Positions 21,538-30,258 of a DNA stretch of 56,241 nt are shown piece by piece (position 1 is the first letter of the stretch; the number at the start of each line of letters is the position of its first letter). The DNA is from Desulfobacterales bacterium (GTDB taxonomy: Bacteria > Desulfobacterota > Desulfobacteria > Desulfobacterales > UBA11574): contig CP070768.1 in assembly GCA_020345745.1 (NCBI GenBank), forward strand, positions 2,494,672-2,550,912, written 5' to 3'. The notes beneath the pieces were generated by a model. That model was not told where the DNA came from. It did no database searches and saw only the letters and a list, made by a program, of their open reading frames with translations. The position numbers and the translations under genes were made by a program.

Positions 21538-21679
21538 AGACCTTTGAAAAATTCTTCATTTTGTTCAAGGTCAAGTAAGACGAAGATTTTAACCACAGAC
21601 ATACATTGGGTATTTCGAGGATTAAAATCTGAGTCTGACACAGAGATTGGACAAAAGGGGACGTTTTTCAAAGGTCTCC
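21536..21679. repeat. Rep-A family MITE-like repeat (144 bp, archetype)
   Basis: Perfect 16-bp TIRs ggagacctttgaaaaa (21536-21551) and tttttcaaaggtctcc (21664-21679). Ends 2 nt before the gdhA stop codon. Confidence 0.88.
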
Positions 21680-21681
21680 GG

Positions 21682-22932
21682 TTATACCCACCCCCTCAGT
21701 TTACAAGCCTCAGCCACCCGCGTCACCGAAACCAGATAGGCGGCTAAGCGCATATGAACGTTCTCCTTTTGGTGCATCTCATGCACGCCATGGAACGCCT
21801 TTGTCATCTTCTCATCCAATCTCCGATGGACTTCTTCCAAGCCCCAATAATAATTGTAGGTGTTCTGAACCTGTTCAAAATAGGAAACAGTCACACCGCC
21901 GGCATTGGCCAAAAAATCCGGCAATACGATGATGCCTTTATCGTAAAGGATTTCATCGGCATCAGGAGTCGTCGGTCCGTTCGCGAGCTCACAGGACATG
22001 CGGCAGCGCAGGTTATCGGCATTTTCTTTGGTGATAACGTTTTCCAAAGCCGCCGGGAACAGCACGGTGACGTCGAGTTCCAAGAGTTCTTCATTCGTGA
22101 TCTCATCCGCTTCAGGATATCCCTCGAGCGTACCGGTTTTAATTTTATACGCAACAACATCTTTGGCATCCATACCGTTGGGATTATAGACACCTGCCCT
22201 GGAATCTGAGGCTGCCACAAGTTGCAACCCCAAAATCTCCTCTCCTAGAAGTGCGCCAAACTGTCCGGCATTGCCAAACCCTTGCACGGCCATTGTTCCT
22301 TTTTGAAGATCAATACCATGAGCTTTAGCTGCTTCACGGGTCACATAGATGCCACCCCTCGCGGTGGCATCTCCTCTCCCGGGGGACCCTCCCAGCGGGA
22401 GTGGCTTTCCGGTGATCACGCCAGGGTGTTTTTCTCCTGCGATGACTTCAAATTCATCCATCATCCACGCCATGATCTGTGGTGTCGTATAAACGTCCGG
22501 AGCAGGAACGTCCTGGGTTACACCTAACGTTCGGGCAATGGCCCGGATATAAGCACGAGCCAGGCGCTCTTTTTCCATTTCTGAAAGTGCTTTAGGATTA
22601 CAAATGACGCCTCCCTTTCCTCCACCAAGCGGAATGTCCACCACAGCGGTTTTCCATGTCATCCATGCGGCCAATGCCCTGACCGTATCAATCGTTTCGT
22701 CTGGATGCCATCGAATACCACCTTTGGCAGGACCGCGGGCCGTATTGTAGGCAACTCTGAATGCATGAAACACTTTCGTTGATCCATCGTCCATCTTCAC
22801 TGGAAGTAGCACCGTCAATTCCTGCATGGGCCAGCGTAATAATTCGTGCATGGCCGGTTCAAGTCCCAATTTTTGCGCGGCATCGTCAAGTTGTTGCTGG
22901 GCAATACTGAACGGGTTCAATGAATCCTGCAT
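21682..22932 (-). CDS. gdhA: Glutamate dehydrogenase
   Basis: Start trimmed to the ATG at 22932 (AAGGAG lies 6 nt upstream). Contains [19 protein letters not shown] and GFGNAGQ. Confidence 0.92.
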   Translation of the reverse strand: MQDSLNPFSIAQQQLDDAAQKLGLEPAMHELLRWPMQELTVLLPVKMDDGSTKVFHAFRVAYNTARGPAKGGIRWHPDETIDTVRALAAWMTWKTAVVDIPLGGGKGGVICNPKALSEMEKERLARAYIRAIARTLGVTQDVPAPDVYTTPQIMAWMMDEFEVIAGEKHPGVITGKPLPLGGSPGRGDATARGGIYVTREAAKAHGIDLQKGTMAVQGFGNAGQFGALLGEEILGLQLVAASDSRAGVYNPNGMDAKDVVAYKIKTGTLEGYPEADEITNEELLELDVTVLFPAALENVITKENADNLRCRMSCELANGPTTPDADEILYDKGIIVLPDFLANAGGVTVSYFEQVQNTYNYYWGLEEVHRRLDEKMTKAFHGVHEMHQKENVHMRLAAYLVSVTRVAEACKLRGWV

Positions 22933-23174
22933 GATAGGCTCCTTTGGTTTCCTTGTTTTTACTGATCCCAAAAAATGTGGATGCCATTATATCAACCAAA
23001 ATCTTATATTTTCAAGCATTTTATATAACTTCAACTATTATAAAAACGTAAATTATACCCTTTGCTCACCCCCAGTGAGGATCATATCATGTTTGCTTTC
23101 CCAAACACTGTGTGATAGACATTTACCAATTTTCGTATAGACGTTATTTAAACATTTTAAAATAGAGTTTTTAA

Positions 23175-24296
23175 ATGCCGTACGCTCTGATGGAAGGTAA
23201 TGAAGCCATTGCCTGGGCAGCAGCCGAATCCGGATGTCGTTTCTTTGCCGGGTACCCCATTACCCCTGCAACAACGATTTTTAACAGCATGTTAAAAATT
23301 TTACCTCCGTTGGGCGGCATCTGTATTCAAGGCGAGGATGAGATCGCTTCCATCGGTTACTGCTTGGGTGCATCTATGGCTGGATTGAAAACCATGACGG
23401 CGACATCCGGGCCCGGTATCAGCCTCTATAGCGAGCATATCTCCTTTGCCATCGGGAGCGAGATACCCATCGTCATTGTTGATGTGCAACGGTTAGGACC
23501 TTCTACCGGCTCAGCCACGCGAGGTGCCGACGGAGACATCCAATTCCTCAGATGGGGCAGCAGCGGCGGATTACCGGTCATTGTTCTGGTACCCGTCGAT
23601 GTCAGCGACTGTTATACACTGACATTACATGCCTTTAACCTCGCAGAACAGTTCAGATGTCCTGTTTTTATAGCGTCGAATAAAGAGATTGCCATGACTC
23701 GAGAGAACATAGATATCGATTCATTAGAAAAACCTGCAATCATCGATCGGACATCCCCTCCTACCAACCATCCCTTTCTTCCATTTGAGGTTGCTGCAGA
23801 TAGAGTCGTCCCTTATTTTTTGCCCATAGGCGGTGATATCCTGGTGCGACAGACCTCTTCAACCCATGGTCCGGACGGCTATATTACCACCGATTATGAT
23901 AACATCGCCAAAAATCAGGAAAGGCTCCATAAAAAGCTGGCTTCCGGTATAAGCCGATTCAGTTTTCACGAAACAATACTGGCGGAAAACGCTGACACCT
24001 TGTTGTTGGCATATGGCGTTTCGGCCAGGGCTGCACGCGATGTCTATAGAAAACAAAAAAACCGGAATAGACCGGTGTCACTCTTGATTCTTAAAACCCT
24101 ATGGCCGGTGCCTGATGCGTTAATCAGAGAAACAGCCAGAAAATTCAAGCGGGTCGTCGTTGTTGAGATGAACCTCGGACAGTATGTGAGGGAAGTGCAA
24201 CGTATTTTGCCAGATAAAAGCGTCGAATTCATCGGTCAAATGGACGGGCGACTGATAAATCCGCGTCAAATTGAAGAGGCGATTTATCATGTCTAG
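23175..24296 (+). CDS. 2-oxoacid:acceptor oxidoreductase, alpha subunit (second locus)
   Basis: 373 aa with GNEAIAWAAAESGCRFFAGYPITPATT and TSGPGISL. Confidence 0.88.
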   Translation: MPYALMEGNEAIAWAAAESGCRFFAGYPITPATTIFNSMLKILPPLGGICIQGEDEIASIGYCLGASMAGLKTMTATSGPGISLYSEHISFAIGSEIPIVIVDVQRLGPSTGSATRGADGDIQFLRWGSSGGLPVIVLVPVDVSDCYTLTLHAFNLAEQFRCPVFIASNKEIAMTRENIDIDSLEKPAIIDRTSPPTNHPFLPFEVAADRVVPYFLPIGGDILVRQTSSTHGPDGYITTDYDNIAKNQERLHKKLASGISRFSFHETILAENADTLLLAYGVSARAARDVYRKQKNRNRPVSLLILKTLWPVPDALIRETARKFKRVVVVEMNLGQYVREVQRILPDKSVEFIGQMDGRLINPRQIEEAIYHV

Positions 24297-25584
24297 CTTA
24301 TTAAATACCAGTAGGCCGCCGGTTTTTTGTCCGGGTTGCTCCCATGAACGGATCACCCGCTCCCTTGATAAAGCGTTCCAGAACATGAAACTGAGCGGCG
24401 GTCAGATCGCTGTGGTTACCGATATCGGTTGTTCCGGCCTCTTTGACACCTTTTTCCATACCCATGCTTTTCACGGGCTCCACGGCCGCGCCCTTACGTA
24501 TGCAGCAGGAATTAAAATGGCACAACCCGGGCTAAACGTCATTGTTACCATGGGAGATGGAGGGCTTGGTATCGGTGGTGCCCATATATTGGCTGCCTGC
24601 CGTCGCAATCTCAATCTAACACTACTGATCTTAGATAATTTTAATTTCGGAATGACCGGCGGACAGTTTTCAGCAACGACGCCTTCCGAAGCACATGTGG
24701 GATCCGGATTTTTAAATCAGCTAGAAAGACCCATGGACGTTTGTCAGGTGGCTATATCTGCGGGGGCGGCTTATGTCACTCGCTGCTCCGGTTATTCGAA
24801 ACATCTTACCGAAGAAATAGAAGCCGCCATTCGTTTTAACGGATTTTCATTGATCGACATTTGGGGTATTTGCCCAGGCCGTTACACCAAACAGAATAGA
24901 CTGACCCCGCAAATGATTACGGAAATGCTTTCGAAACTGCCATCCATAACAGGACCGGTAGCGAACAACTCAAGGAAGGAATATAACGAACACTACAGGG
25001 AACTGTCCGCCGGGTTAGAGCCTGTCTTACCACCAAAAAAAGTTGCGGTTAAATTCAGGCCACCGGAACCCGGCAGACAGGAAGTGGTTATCCTAGGTAG
25101 CGCCGGCCAGCGTATTATAACAGCCGGAGAGATATTATGCATTGCGGGTCTAACAGCCGGACTTAGAACGACCCAGAAGAATGATTACAACATAACGGTT
25201 CTCAGAGGTCACTCAATCAGTGAACTTATTCTGTCGCCAGAAAAGATAGGCTTTACCGGGATAGAAAGCTCCAGTGTTATCATTGCCCTTAGCCAGGAAG
25301 GGGTGGATCGCCGGAAAGGCCTTTTTGGCCGTCTTGATGATCATGCTCTGATACTCAAACCACCAGAAATTAACACGCCCATGAGCCCTGCGAAAATTCA
25401 TCTTATGGATTTCAAATCGCAGCGGATTAAACCCAAAGACTGGGCCCTGGCCGCCCTATCTGTCATGGCCAAATTAAACAAAGTGATCCATAATGATATG
25501 CTTCGATCAGCGCTAGGGTTTAAGTTCAAAGACAACACGCTTGCATCTGCCATGGATCTTGTGGAGCGGGTTGATATCACTTAG
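24289..25584 (+). CDS. 2-oxoacid:acceptor oxidoreductase, beta subunit fused to a C-terminal gamma domain
   Basis: The ATG at 24289 overlaps the alpha stop by 8 bp. The N-terminal half has FCPGCSHE and GDGGLGIGG (TPP binding). The C-terminal half (VVILGSAGQRIITAGEIL...) resembles the POR gamma domain. Confidence 0.82.
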   Translation: MSSLLNTSRPPVFCPGCSHERITRSLDKAFQNMKLSGGQIAVVTDIGCSGLFDTFFHTHAFHGLHGRALTYAAGIKMAQPGLNVIVTMGDGGLGIGGAHILAACRRNLNLTLLILDNFNFGMTGGQFSATTPSEAHVGSGFLNQLERPMDVCQVAISAGAAYVTRCSGYSKHLTEEIEAAIRFNGFSLIDIWGICPGRYTKQNRLTPQMITEMLSKLPSITGPVANNSRKEYNEHYRELSAGLEPVLPPKKVAVKFRPPEPGRQEVVILGSAGQRIITAGEILCIAGLTAGLRTTQKNDYNITVLRGHSISELILSPEKIGFTGIESSSVIIALSQEGVDRRKGLFGRLDDHALILKPPEINTPMSPAKIHLMDFKSQRIKPKDWALAALSVMAKLNKVIHNDMLRSALGFKFKDNTLASAMDLVERVDIT

Positions 25585-25683
25585 CCCGGATATGCATGAA
25601 TAAAGGTTAACTGTTTTTACTTTTTTGTGCAAATATGCTACTCGGAAGAATAAAGAAAATGATGCGTGGAGGTTTTTCCTAAA

Positions 25684-26169
25684 ATGCCGCCCGTTGAGAT
25701 CGTAGAAGCCGACCTTAGCCTGACAGAGCACCAGCATGCTGTCGTTGAGCTTATCGACGCCTATGCCATAGACCCCATGGGAAATGGCAAGCCCTTGTCG
25801 GCTGAAGCCCGGCGCAACCTAATACCTGGGCTTCAGAAACATCCCACCACTCTGCTCTTCTTAGCCTACCAGGAAGGCAAAGCCATGGGTATCGCTGTTT
25901 GCTTCCTTGGATTTTCTACCTTTACTGCTCGACCGCTCATCAATATCCATGATCTGGCAGTGTTACCCGCCTATCGCGGGCACGGGGCGGGTCGACGGCT
26001 CTTGCAGGAGATCGAGAGGAAAGCCCGGGATCTGGGATGTTGCAAGCTGACGCTGGAGGTTCAGGAAAACAATCACAGGGCCAGAAAGGTCTATGCAGCA
26101 GCCGGATTTGCACAGGCGGTATACAAAGAAGCCGCCGGAGGTTCCTTGTTTCTCGCAAAAATGCTTTGA
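25684..26169 (+). CDS. GNAT family N-acetyltransferase
   Basis: RGHGAGRRLLQEIERKA (acetyl-CoA binding motif). The ATG at 25684 has GGAGG 12 nt upstream; the track start is a GTG at 25666. Confidence 0.8.
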   Translation: MPPVEIVEADLSLTEHQHAVVELIDAYAIDPMGNGKPLSAEARRNLIPGLQKHPTTLLFLAYQEGKAMGIAVCFLGFSTFTARPLINIHDLAVLPAYRGHGAGRRLLQEIERKARDLGCCKLTLEVQENNHRARKVYAAAGFAQAVYKEAAGGSLFLAKML

Positions 26170-26235
26170 ATTGAGCGGCGAGTGAAAAATCCGGGTTAGC
26201 AAGGCCAAAAAAATGAGATCTTGAGATAGAATATC

Positions 26236-28074
26236 ATGAATACACAAATGCAAAAAAATAAAACAGCATCCTTGCAACAGGCGGATGGGTTCTTCAAAGC
26301 ACTGATGCATACTATCAACGACGGTATAGTGATCACCGACACGACACAACAAATTATCATGGCCAATGATGTATTCTGTGCATTTTTTGGCCTTGATGCA
26401 AAAGAGGTTTATAAAACCAGCATGACGGTGTGGATTGAATCGTTTGGCACCGATGCCTTAGCCCGCTGGCATGAGCTGGAAGAAAGCGTTCGCCTTGATG
26501 GCCAGTGCCGCAATATCGAATTCAACATGCTGTCTGGAAAAATTCTTCGCTTCTTTAACGTAAACGCATCCTTGATAAAACATCCCGTTGACGACAAAAC
26601 GGCTGTCATCAGTATTTGGCGTGATAGCACTGAACACAAACAGGCGGAAGAAGCACTGCGTGAGAGTGAGCAGGAATACGTATCACTCATAAAGAATATT
26701 CCAAGCATTGTATACAAAGGGTATAAAGACTGGTCTGTTAACTTCTTTGATAAAAAAATTGAATCTATAACCGGCTACGATGCCCGGGATTTCAATTCTC
26801 GAAAATTAAAATGGGTCGATGTTATCATTGAAGAGGATATTGAACGCACAAAGAAGAGTTTTATCGAGGCCTTAAAAACGGAAAAATCTTATGTTAGAGA
26901 ATATCGGATTAAATCCAAAGATGGGGAAATATGCTGGATCCAAGAAAGGGGACAAATCGTATGTGATAAGAATGGGGAAATAGAATGCGTTAACGGTGTC
27001 TTCTTTGATATAACCAAGCGAAAGTATGCTGAAGAGGCATTGCGCGAAAGCGAAGCATTTAATGCCAGCTTGATGAATCATGCACCGAGTGCGATTCTGG
27101 TTCTCAATTCAGACACTTCAATAAAATATGTAAATCCTGCCTTTGAAAAAATAAGCGGGTTTTCGTACAAGGAACTTATGGGGAGCAAAGCCCCCTATCC
27201 ATGGCAGACAAAAGAAACACTCGATAAAACAAAAAACGATCTCGATGTGGCTACGCATAACGACGTACGAAAGGTCGAACAGCTTTTCCAAAAGAAAAAC
27301 GGCAACCTTTTTTGGGTTGAAATAACATCTGCGCCAGTTGAAAGTGGTGGTGAACTCAAATACTATCTATCCAATTGGATTGATATTACCGAACGAAAGC
27401 AGGCTGAAGAACAAATTCGCACCCTGACACAGCAGTTGATAAAAGCACAGGAAAATGAACGTCAAATGATTTCCCGAGAACTGCATGATCGTATCGGACA
27501 AGATCTTTCCATGTTAAAAATTCTCTGCAATAATCTTTTTGACAACCAATCGGAGGTTCCTGCTGAAATGCGGCAGAGAGTTTCTCAACTATATAAAATA
27601 CTTGGGGATTCAATAAATTCTGTGCGCGACATGGCGTATGACCTACGCCCGTCAAGCCTGGATCAATTGGGCTTGGTTCGAACCCTTTATCAGTTCTGCG
27701 AAGATTTCTCTGAAAAAACCGGATTAAATGTCGATTTCAATTCTGCCGGTATGGATGAACTCAAGCTAGATTTTGATACTGAAATCAACATGTATCGTCT
27801 GGTTCAAGAAAGCCTGAACAATATTATAAAACATGCTGATGCCAAACAAGTAACCATCAAGCTGGTCGCTTCATTTCCCAAAATTATTCTCCGTATTGAA
27901 GACGATGGCAAAGGGTTTGATAAAAAAAATCGGTTGGATGCAGCTGCATATGAGAAACGGATGGGAATCATAAGTATGAAAGAAAGAGTCAGCTTACTGA
28001 ATGGTAAAATAAGAATTAATTCAAGCCCGGCAAAGGGTACGAAAATATTTATTGAAGTTCCTTACAAAAGATAA
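26236..28074 (+). CDS. Cytoplasmic multi-PAS sensor histidine kinase (HisKA_3/NarX-type)
   Basis: 612 aa with no TM segment and three PAS-like repeats, each followed by EALRESE-type linkers. H-box ELHDRIGQDLS; ATPase G1 box EDDGKGFD. Confidence 0.88.
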   Translation: MNTQMQKNKTASLQQADGFFKALMHTINDGIVITDTTQQIIMANDVFCAFFGLDAKEVYKTSMTVWIESFGTDALARWHELEESVRLDGQCRNIEFNMLSGKILRFFNVNASLIKHPVDDKTAVISIWRDSTEHKQAEEALRESEQEYVSLIKNIPSIVYKGYKDWSVNFFDKKIESITGYDARDFNSRKLKWVDVIIEEDIERTKKSFIEALKTEKSYVREYRIKSKDGEICWIQERGQIVCDKNGEIECVNGVFFDITKRKYAEEALRESEAFNASLMNHAPSAILVLNSDTSIKYVNPAFEKISGFSYKELMGSKAPYPWQTKETLDKTKNDLDVATHNDVRKVEQLFQKKNGNLFWVEITSAPVESGGELKYYLSNWIDITERKQAEEQIRTLTQQLIKAQENERQMISRELHDRIGQDLSMLKILCNNLFDNQSEVPAEMRQRVSQLYKILGDSINSVRDMAYDLRPSSLDQLGLVRTLYQFCEDFSEKTGLNVDFNSAGMDELKLDFDTEINMYRLVQESLNNIIKHADAKQVTIKLVASFPKIILRIEDDGKGFDKKNRLDAAAYEKRMGIISMKERVSLLNGKIRINSSPAKGTKIFIEVPYKR

Positions 28075-28078
28075 GATC

Positions 28079-28756
28079 GTGAGTGAAGAGAAAAGAATAT
28101 TGATCATCGATGACCACCCTCTTTTCAGGGAAGGTCTCAAAACAATTATTGCAAGAGAAACTCGTTTTAAAGTCGTAGGAGAAGCAGGAAGCGGTCACGA
28201 AGGGCTGAAAATGGCCAAAACCATCAAACCTGACCTGGTTGTCATGGACATATCCTTGCCCGACCGCAGCGGTATCCAACTGACCCGAGAAATACGAAGT
28301 CTTTTGTCAGACACGCGCATCATTATTGTCAGCATGCATTCTAAAATTGATTATATCACTGAGGCATTTCAGGCTGGCGCCACCGGATATGTGGCCAAGG
28401 AATCCGCCTCTGAAAGGCTCGTTCAAGGTCTTGAAGCGGTCGTTAATGGCGATTATTTTCTGGATACTTCCGTATCCCATGCAGTTGTAGAAAACCTTCT
28501 AAAAATACCGGTGAAAGAGGCACGGATCACCGATGCGAGTTATGGAACCTTAACGCCGCGCGAGCAGGAAGTCATGCGCCTTCTGGCAGAAGGGTTTTCC
28601 AGCAAGGAGGTAGCTAAAAAACTTTTTATCAGCCCTAAAACCGTCGAGAATCACCGTGCCAACATTATGAAAAAGCTCGGGTTGCACAGTACAATTGAGT
28701 TAATCCGCTATTCAGCCAAACTGGGGTTAATCGATGTGGACCTTTGGAAGGAGTAA
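28079..28756 (+). CDS. NarL/LuxR-family response regulator
   Basis: Receiver domain ILIIDDHPLFREGL...DLVVMDISLPD. C-terminal HTH LTPREQEVMRLLAEGFSSKEVAKKLFISPKTVENHRANIMKKLG. The GTG at 28079 lies just after the kinase stop; the track gives a TTG at 28052. Confidence 0.9.
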   Translation: MSEEKRILIIDDHPLFREGLKTIIARETRFKVVGEAGSGHEGLKMAKTIKPDLVVMDISLPDRSGIQLTREIRSLLSDTRIIIVSMHSKIDYITEAFQAGATGYVAKESASERLVQGLEAVVNGDYFLDTSVSHAVVENLLKIPVKEARITDASYGTLTPREQEVMRLLAEGFSSKEVAKKLFISPKTVENHRANIMKKLGLHSTIELIRYSAKLGLIDVDLWKE

Positions 28757-28766
28757 AGCTTAATTG

Positions 28767-28799
28767 TTTGTAACCGGGTGCTTTGCACCCGGTTACAAA
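28767..28799 (+). terminator. Strong hairpin after the response regulator gene (no U-tract)
   Basis: Perfect 15-bp arms tttgtaaccgggtgc / gcacccggttacaaa with a 3-nt loop, 11 nt after the stop codon. Confidence 0.45.
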
Positions 28800-29103
28800 C
28801 GCAACGATTAAATCACTAACGTGCTTTTGCCCTTTTCGGCCTATGGCCGAAAAATCACGCCACCCGCTATGCGGGTGGTCGTTGACTCCTATCTTAACCC
28901 CATCTTAACCCTATCTGACATAGGGCAAACCCCTATTATACGGGAGTTTTCTCCCGTCAAAATGAACCCTCCCCTCTATAGACATAGCAAACAATAATCT
29001 GTTATTTACCCATTTCAATCGAAATTTTACTGGAGCATCTCCGATGCATCATGTTGCGCTTTAACGAGGCACTTTTTTTATTAATCCTGATTGAGGTGTA
29101 ATC

Positions 29104-29313
29104 ATGATCTCTTCCCCCTGTAAAAATTGCCACAGGAAAAATCAGCCAAAAGATGAATGTTCGAAAAAATGTGAATTGTTGCAGGCGATTCAGGACATTC
29201 AGATGTCAGCCAGAAAAAGTAGCAGTTTGAGCGGAATAGATTATACCGAGGAAAGCAGATACTCGATACCGCCGTCACTCACTAAAACTTCCGTCTCCTT
29301 ATGGACAGCATGA
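29104..29313 (+). CDS. Small Cys-rich hypothetical protein (69 aa)
   Basis: GAGGTG lies 6-7 nt upstream of the ATG. The N-terminus has the pattern CxxC-x9-Cx3C (SPCKNCHRKNQPKDECSKKCELL). No family recognised. Confidence 0.4.
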   Translation: MISSPCKNCHRKNQPKDECSKKCELLQAIQDIQMSARKSSSLSGIDYTEESRYSIPPSLTKTSVSLWTA

Positions 29314-29415
29314 TGTAAACTAATCTCCAAAGAAACAAACAATAAAAGAGCTTCATTCGTTTCACCCCGCCAAACGTGTTAAGCTCCCATATTAACCAAA
29401 CAAGGAGTGGCAGCC

Positions 29416-29454
29416 ATGGGCATGCGGGAGGGGAACTCATCATTGGAATATTAA
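29416..29454 (+). CDS. Possible 12-codon upstream ORF (MGMREGNSSLEY)
   Basis: AAGGAG lies 8 nt upstream of the ATG at 29416. Its stop falls 4 nt before the SD-less ATG at 29459, which could allow termination-reinitiation coupling. Confidence 0.25.
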   Translation: MGMREGNSSLEY

Positions 29455-29458
29455 ACAA

Positions 29459-29710
29459 ATGGGTGCAAAGGGTTTAGGTGTCACGAAAGATGGTGTTGGG
29501 CATAAAAAGATGTCTAAGGCACCATCGTGTCGGACAAATTTTGAAACAGCAAAAAATAACTTTATAGATATTAAAGCCTTGATTAGAAGTATCCAGCGAG
29601 CCGAAGGAAGTACCGACTGTTTTCGAAAGGGAATCATCGATTGCGATCAGGTCGATTGTAAATGGCGTCACATCTGCCTTGAAGGTCATTATATATTGAA
29701 CATAGAATAA
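29459..29710 (+). CDS. Small Cys-rich hypothetical protein (83 aa; alternative start M18 at 29510)
   Basis: C-terminal pattern DCFRKGIIDCDQVDCKWRHIC (four Cys in 20 residues). No SD of its own. No family recognised. Confidence 0.4.
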   Translation: MGAKGLGVTKDGVGHKKMSKAPSCRTNFETAKNNFIDIKALIRSIQRAEGSTDCFRKGIIDCDQVDCKWRHICLEGHYILNIE

Positions 29711-29719
29711 AATCGTATA

Positions 29720-29980
29720 ATGAAAAAATCTTTTATTAGCCTATGGGGGTGGTTTGAAAAACAGGGATTGTATGAGGAAGAATTCCAATATTTTATGAAA
29801 GACATTTTTAATTACATGGATCAAAAGGGAAATGTACCGCTAGATTTGCTCAATCAGGAGTTGGAAACACTCGGCTGGGGTATACAATTAATGGATGAAA
29901 CAGTATACAAGCAAATGCTCATCTTACATCAGAATAAAAATCATATTGACCTCAAAGGATATGTCAACAGCCAACGCTAA
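29720..29980 (+). CDS. Hypothetical protein (86 aa)
   Basis: The ORF starts 9 nt after the previous stop. Composition looks helical (WGWFEKQGLYEEEFQYFMKDIFNYM). No family recognised. Confidence 0.4.
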   Translation: MKKSFISLWGWFEKQGLYEEEFQYFMKDIFNYMDQKGNVPLDLLNQELETLGWGIQLMDETVYKQMLILHQNKNHIDLKGYVNSQR

Positions 29981-30101
29981 CTCGACTCATATCGGCATTA
30001 ATTTCATATCACCTACCACTTGTTTTTTTGCTCGTCACCCTATCCTGCTGATCACAATCGAACTGTTGCAATGGATGCCCCGGGTCAACGCGAAAAATTT
30101 A

Positions 30102-30228
30102 ACCCGCCACCGACCTTTGGCGGATTAACCACAGACAACCATTGGAATATTTTGAGTCCCGCTTAAGCGGGATGAGCCTGACGTCCCGCCTTTGGCGGGA
30201 GGCAAAAGAGGGCGTTTTGCAAAGATCT
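30102..30228. repeat. Rep-A-related mosaic carrying tandem GC-rich stem-loops
   Basis: Hairpins CCGCC...GGCGG (30102-30122), TCCCGC-ttaa-GCGGGA (30157-30172) and TCCCGCC-ttt-GGCGGGA (30184-30200). The tail caaaagagggcgttttgcaaagatctc matches the right end of Rep-A. Near-duplicate of 49285-49367. Confidence 0.7.
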
Positions 30229-30258
30229 CAAGCCAATAGTCAGTGAAAGGAGGATATC

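Noticed and set aside
28917-28975. ATAGGGCAAACC resembles the 5-prime core (ACAGGGCAAACC) of the GEMM-I c-di-GMP riboswitch.
   Set aside because: The remaining conserved elements are absent: the GAAA tetraloop hairpin, ACGCAAAGCC.CCGG and its pairing partner. An Rfam scan would settle it, but by eye it does not fit.
29007-29013. Exact NarL heptamer TACCCAT as a binding site for the adjacent regulator.
   Set aside because: A single 7-mer with three degenerate positions is expected by chance at roughly 0.3 occurrences in a spacer of this size. No 7-2-7 partner was seen. It is mentioned only inside a broader finding.
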